From a virus: a stretch of DNA of 57,617 bases. The position numbers and the translations under genes were made by a program. Shown here one piece after another: positions 53,738 through 57,617 of this stretch. Position 1 is the stretch's first letter, and each line of letters starts with the position of its first letter. The notes beneath the pieces are model-generated. The model did not search any database. It saw only the letters and a program-made list of their open reading frames with translations, and had not been told where the DNA came from. The stretch lies in the IMG/VR virus record IMGVR_UViG_3300029192_000002, one strand, 5' to 3'.

Positions 53738-54842
53738 TGAGATTACATACAAGAAAGTTTCGGAGCTGGTTTTGTTGCCTGAAAATCCCCGTACCATTAC
53801 AAAGAATGACTTTGAAAGGTTGGTGGATTCCATAAAGATAAACGGCTTTTGGAAACACCGACCTTTGGCGGTTATGGAGCGTGACGGTAAACTGGTGGTA
53901 TTGGCAGGAAACCAACGTTTAAAGGCTGCAAGGAAGCTGAAACTTGCCGATGTGCCCGTTATCCTTTATTCGGAACTGACCCCGGATGAGGAAAAGGATA
54001 TTATTCTGAGGGATAATATCAACAATGGCGATTGGGATTGCAATGCCTTACAAATGGATGAGTTTTGGAAAGATGTAGATTTTGGCTTTATTGGGCTTGA
54101 TTTTCCATCCGATGATGAGAAGCCCGGAAAGGGTAAGAAGAAAGCGGCTAAAGAGATAGAGGAAACGGAAGCCGAGCAAAACGCAAAGGAAGAAACGGAC
54201 GATGAGGAACAAAGCGAGGAAGAAGCCGAAAAGGAATCTTTCTACCGTTCCATGTTTAAGGACGTTCTTTATGAAAGCGATAACGTCTTTGAGATTCCAA
54301 ACCTCTTACTGGATATGCAAGCCGGGAAAGTAGAATTGCCTTTGTCCCCGTGGGGTGCTAACAGCCGTTTGCGTAAAGATGTGGCAACGTATCATTTCTA
54401 TGTGGATGATTATCGCTTTGAGACTCTTTTCAAAGACCCGATAAATTTGCTCACAAGCGGATGCAAGGCAGTGGTAGAGCCGAATTGTAGCTGCCACGAC
54501 CAAACACCTGTAGCGTGGGGCATTCAGCTTATCTACAAGAAACGCTGGCTTTCCCGTTACTTCCAAGAATGCGGAATCAAGGTTTATGCTGACTTGAATG
54601 TTTCTCACAAGTTTATTGAGTACAACAAAATGGGTATTCCCAAAGGATATAATGCTTTCTTTACCCGTGGGCTGGACGGTTGGATGGAAAGCCTTAAATC
54701 TGATTTGCAAGTAGCCCAAGAAATAAGCGGGCTTGAAAAACCAAACCTTATCGTTTACGGTGGGGGTACGGAAATTCAGAAGTTCTGCCGTGAACATGGG
54801 CTGTTGTACGTCACAGATTTTATTAACGCAAAAAAGAAGTAA
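53727..54842 (+). CDS. ParB N-terminal domain protein fused to a DUF4417-like domain
   Basis: LLPENPRTITKNDFERLVDSI...VLAGNQRLKAARKL is a ParB/Srx-like box. The C-terminal half has ATYHFYVDDYRFETLFKDP, as I recall for DUF4417. Start is trimmed to the ATG at 53727. Confidence 0.6.
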   Translation: MKCSEITYKKVSELVLLPENPRTITKNDFERLVDSIKINGFWKHRPLAVMERDGKLVVLAGNQRLKAARKLKLADVPVILYSELTPDEEKDIILRDNINNGDWDCNALQMDEFWKDVDFGFIGLDFPSDDEKPGKGKKKAAKEIEETEAEQNAKEETDDEEQSEEEAEKESFYRSMFKDVLYESDNVFEIPNLLLDMQAGKVELPLSPWGANSRLRKDVATYHFYVDDYRFETLFKDPINLLTSGCKAVVEPNCSCHDQTPVAWGIQLIYKKRWLSRYFQECGIKVYADLNVSHKFIEYNKMGIPKGYNAFFTRGLDGWMESLKSDLQVAQEISGLEKPNLIVYGGGTEIQKFCREHGLLYVTDFINAKKK

Positions 54843-54848
54843 AGTATT

Positions 54849-55454
54849 ATGGGACGAAATTCAAGCGGAACACGTGGAGGACTGCAACCGGGTGATGCAA
54901 CATATAAAGGTTCTGTTGGTAAGCCTGAGCCTTTGGTAAACATGAAAGACCCGGCTCTGTATAAGGCAACCAAAGAAGCTATTTCACGCTATCATGCCGT
55001 ACTTGGTGTAAGGCAAAGGAATGTAAAGTTGGCAGAGCTATCGGCTGGCACTTATGGCGTACACGTTACGGCTAATGGGAAGTCTGAGGGCGTTTACCTT
55101 AACAAAAAGCATTTCATGCAAACGAAAAAAGCGGTGGAAGCCTCACACAAGAAAGGCTATGCAAGCGGATGGAGTACAAAGACCAACAAGGCGGTAGCCC
55201 ATACTGTAACGCACGAGCTGGCGCACGCTACATGGAATGCCCACATGACAGGGGCAAACCAAAAAGCGGCTGGAAAGGAAGTGAAAAAGTTATTTAATTC
55301 TTGGAAGAAAGACAAGAAGAAATCCGGGTATGGAAAGTATGCGGAAACCAATGTGTCGGAATTTTGGGCTGAAACCGTTACCAAAGCGGTACATGGTAAA
55401 AGTGATAAATATACTAAGAAAGTAAAGGAAATCTGCAAGAAATACAAACTATAG
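54849..55454 (+). CDS. HExxH zinc metallopeptidase-like protein
   Basis: VTHELAHATWNAH followed about 45 residues later by EFWAETVTKA. The HExxH...E(F/Y)(W/F)AE arrangement resembles anthrax lethal factor-like (ATLF) domains. Confidence 0.5.
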   Translation: MGRNSSGTRGGLQPGDATYKGSVGKPEPLVNMKDPALYKATKEAISRYHAVLGVRQRNVKLAELSAGTYGVHVTANGKSEGVYLNKKHFMQTKKAVEASHKKGYASGWSTKTNKAVAHTVTHELAHATWNAHMTGANQKAAGKEVKKLFNSWKKDKKKSGYGKYAETNVSEFWAETVTKAVHGKSDKYTKKVKEICKKYKL

Positions 55455-55486
55455 AGGTATTTTTGCTTAAACTAATTCAATGTAAT

Positions 55487-55726
55487 ATGAATAAGATAGA
55501 ATTAACCGCTGATGAGATTAAAGTAATCAAGCAGCAATTAAACGGTGAGATTGAGGTTTGGAATGCTGACGATTATCAGCAAAAGCATCTCACTTCGGTA
55601 ATTGATAAGGCAGACGCTCTTTTGGAGGAATTGGATGCCTACGATGAAATGATAGACGAAAAGGACGGTGATACCATTCTTTGGTTTTGGGATAAGTACA
55701 AGGCGCAAGAGGGTATCATAGAATAA
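55487..55726 (+). CDS. Hypothetical acidic protein (79 aa)
   Basis: Track ORF (TTG start) trimmed to the ATG at 55487. Confidence 0.5.
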   Translation: MNKIELTADEIKVIKQQLNGEIEVWNADDYQQKHLTSVIDKADALLEELDAYDEMIDEKDGDTILWFWDKYKAQEGIIE

Positions 55727-55742
55727 TTAACCGGGTAAAGAG

Positions 55743-55775
55743 AATCGGACGGTATTGTGCTATCCGATTTTCTTT
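55743..55775 (+). terminator. Hairpin plus T-rich tract before the packaging genes
   Basis: AATCGGA pairs with TCCGATT (7 bp, 13-nt loop), followed by TTCTTT. Confidence 0.4.
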
Positions 55776-55785
55776 GCTCTTATAG

Positions 55786-55802
55786 TGTGTTTAACAAACA
55801 CA
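55786..55802. promoter_or_regulatory. Perfect 17-bp palindromic site TGTGTTT-AAC-AAACACA upstream of terS
   Basis: Instance of the recurring motif, 24 nt before the ATG at 55826. Confidence 0.5.
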
Positions 55803-55825
55803 GAAATCAATACGAAAACAATAGA

Positions 55826-56299
55826 ATGGCTTTTGAAAAAGGACATAAATTTGGTAACAGATTCACAAGCGAGAACCAACCGAAAAATCCCGGTCGGAAG
55901 CCCTCTATATATAAATACGTCAAGGATATAACGGGTAAGAAGATTGCGCCCGAAATGAGTAAAGAGGATTACCACAAGGTTATCCGCTTTTTGATGGAAA
56001 GCACCCCCGAAATATTGGAGGGGCTTGTAAAGAACCCGGACGGAACACCCAATAAGAAAACACCTGTTTGGGTTCTGAATGTCGTATCTGCCATTAACGC
56101 AGATATTCGCTATGGTAGGACTTATACGGTGGATAGTCTGTTTGATAGGGTTTTCGGGAAGCCCACACAACAGATAGAGAGCGAAGTAAACGCACAAGTA
56201 ACCAACAACAGCATGGATTTGTCGGCTCTTACTACGGATGAGTTGTTACAATACAATTCCTTGCTGGAAAAAATAAAGGCAGGCAATGGCACGAAGTAA
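55826..56299 (+). CDS. terS: Terminase small subunit candidate
   Basis: 157-aa ORF (track ORF trimmed to the ATG at 55826) overlapping the terL start by 14 nt. The basic N-terminus KGHKFGNRFTSENQPKNPGRKPS is typical of small terminase/DUF5681-like proteins. Confidence 0.55.
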   Translation: MAFEKGHKFGNRFTSENQPKNPGRKPSIYKYVKDITGKKIAPEMSKEDYHKVIRFLMESTPEILEGLVKNPDGTPNKKTPVWVLNVVSAINADIRYGRTYTVDSLFDRVFGKPTQQIESEVNAQVTNNSMDLSALTTDELLQYNSLLEKIKAGNGTK

Positions 56300-57617
56300 G
56301 GTTACAGACGTGCCGATGGCACTTGCAGTGAAGATTGAGCTTTTCAAGCGTGGTTGTTTCGACTTCATTACCGTAAAGGATGGTTTGAAGCATGAGAAGC
56401 AAGAACACGCTTTGAAGATACTTACCGACAATGAACACGTTGAACTTTTGTACGGAGGTGCTGCCGGGGGTGCAAAATCATGGACGGGGGCGGTGTGGCT
56501 TCTGTTTATGTGCCTCTGTTATCCCGGTTCAAAGTGGTTTATCGGACGTGCCGAGTTAAAGCGTATCACACAATCTACACTTATCACATTTTACAAGGTT
56601 TGCAATCAGTATGGGGTTGATGACACCTTGTATAAGTATAACGGGCAATACAATTATATCGAATTTTTCAATGGTTCACGTATTGACTTGCTGGACTTGC
56701 AATATAAGCCGGGCGACCCTCTGTATGAGCGTTACGGCTCAATCGAATATACAGGTGGATGGATTGAAGAGGGTGGCGAAGTGAACTTCGGTGCATACGA
56801 CACCCTTAAAACCCGTATCGGGCGACACCTTAACAATGAATTGGGGTTGAGGCGAAAACTATTCATTACTTGCAATCCTAAAAAGAACTGGATGTACGAT
56901 ACATTCTACAAGCCGGATAAGAAAGGGGAATTACCCGAATATATGTACTACCTTGCTTGCCTTGTACAAGAAAACCCATTCATAGACCCCGATTATATAG
57001 AGGGTTTGAAAACTACAAAGGATAAGGTAAAGCGTGAACGTCTTTTGAAAGGTAATTGGGAGTATGACGATAACCCCAACGCCCTTTGCTCACATGATGC
57101 AATCTGTGAGATATTCGGGAATAAGATTTCAATCAAGACAGGTACAAACTATATCACGGGGGACGTTGCACGTTTTGGAGCTGACTATGCCCGTCTTGCC
57201 GTTTGGGATGGTTGGCATATCATAGAGCTACAATGTTTCCCCGTGTCTAAGACTACCGACATTCAGACGTGGATAATCAACAAGCAAAAGAAGTACAGAA
57301 TACCCAACCATAAATGTATCGTTGATGAGGACGGTGTAGGCGGTGGTGTGGTGGATAATTGCGACATTCAGGGCTTCGTGAACAACTCTACGCCTTTCAA
57401 TGGTGAGAACTACCAAAACCTACAGACCCAATGCGGCTACAAGCTGGCAGACCGCATAAACGCTACGGAAGTGGGGATAGATGAGGATTTGATAAGCACT
57501 GCCGATAAGGAAGAAATCATAAGGGAGCTGGAACAACTGCAAACATGGAAAGCTGATTCGGACGGTAAACTAAAGTTGAAGCCCAAAGAAGAAATCAAGA
57601 TGGATATTGGTTGTTCC
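56286..57617 (+). CDS. terL: Terminase large subunit (N-terminal 444 codons; continues at nt 1-198)
   Basis: My translation from the ATG at 56286 is MARSKVTDVPMALAVKIELFKRG...ELLYGGAAGGAKSWTG, with a Walker A. The ORF is open to the end of the window and in phase with nt 1-198. It is absent from the ORF track because there is no stop in the window. Confidence 0.9.
   Translation, partial: MARSKVTDVPMALAVKIELFKRGCFDFITVKDGLKHEKQEHALKILTDNEHVELLYGGAAGGAKSWTGAVWLLFMCLCYPGSKWFIGRAELKRITQSTLITFYKVCNQYGVDDTLYKYNGQYNYIEFFNGSRIDLLDLQYKPGDPLYERYGSIEYTGGWIEEGGEVNFGAYDTLKTRIGRHLNNELGLRRKLFITCNPKKNWMYDTFYKPDKKGELPEYMYYLACLVQENPFIDPDYIEGLKTTKDKVKRERLLKGNWEYDDNPNALCSHDAICEIFGNKISIKTGTNYITGDVARFGADYARLAVWDGWHIIELQCFPVSKTTDIQTWIINKQKKYRIPNHKCIVDEDGVGGGVVDNCDIQGFVNNSTPFNGENYQNLQTQCGYKLADRINATEVGIDEDLISTADKEEIIRELEQLQTWKADSDGKLKLKPKEEIKMDIGCS
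57519..57617 (+). repeat. 99-bp terminal overlap with nt 1-99 (circular closure of the contig)
   Basis: Exact identity by inspection, lying inside and in frame with terL. Confidence 0.95.

Overview
The window is a complete, circularly closed phage genome of about 57.5 kb. Nt 1-99 repeat nt 57519-57617 inside the terminase large-subunit ORF, so this is an assembly overlap. It looks like a temperate siphovirus-like phage of a Bacteroidota host, inferred from TTTG/TAnnTTTG promoter boxes, a Bacteroides-type tyrosine integrase, a lipobox lipoprotein and no Shine-Dalgarno dependence. Module order: terL end, portal and a Mu F-type head protein fused to an ADP-ribosyltransferase (1-4715). Then a leftward accessory cluster with an ADP-ribosylglycohydrolase, a C5-cytosine methyltransferase, DUF2400-like and DUF3846-like genes and many small ORFs (4756-10334). 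Then the rightward structural operon: scaffold, capsid, connectors, tail tube, chaperone with a -1 frameshift, an 1803-aa tape measure, LamG-bearing tail proteins and an 1801-aa collagen-like fibre (10810-29215). Next come a diversity-generating retroelement (target 30088-31449, TR 31529-31636, RT 31779-32966) and lysis genes (33731-35533). The lysogeny region follows, with tRNA-Arg(CCT), integrase, a 9-copy repeat array, moron genes and a CI/Cro-like switch (35883-40402). After that comes an early module with a LuxR-type regulator, SMC-like ATPase, RecT, MBL nuclease, NinB-like protein, DnaC-like loader, two ParB-like proteins, an RlmN/Cfr-like radical SAM enzyme and a RuvC-like resolvase (40399-55726). 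The genome ends with terS/terL (55826-57617). The most interesting signal is that the DGR template repeat has two cognate variable regions. One is in the adjacent tail-fibre-like gene. The second is 14.5 kb away in a 210-aa, apparently cytoplasmic protein inside the early recombination/replication module. In both, every mismatch to the TR falls on a TR adenine. Other leads: a (CT)15 tract inside the methyltransferase ORF, a Mu F-ART toxin with a nearby ARH, and a 17-bp palindrome at eight intergenic sites. Further leads are a duplicated early promoter element, a 9-copy TTTGC-CTAA-GCAAA array next to int, and a full tRNA bracketed by a perfect 26-bp direct repeat. All family assignments were made by eye from motifs and are not database results.
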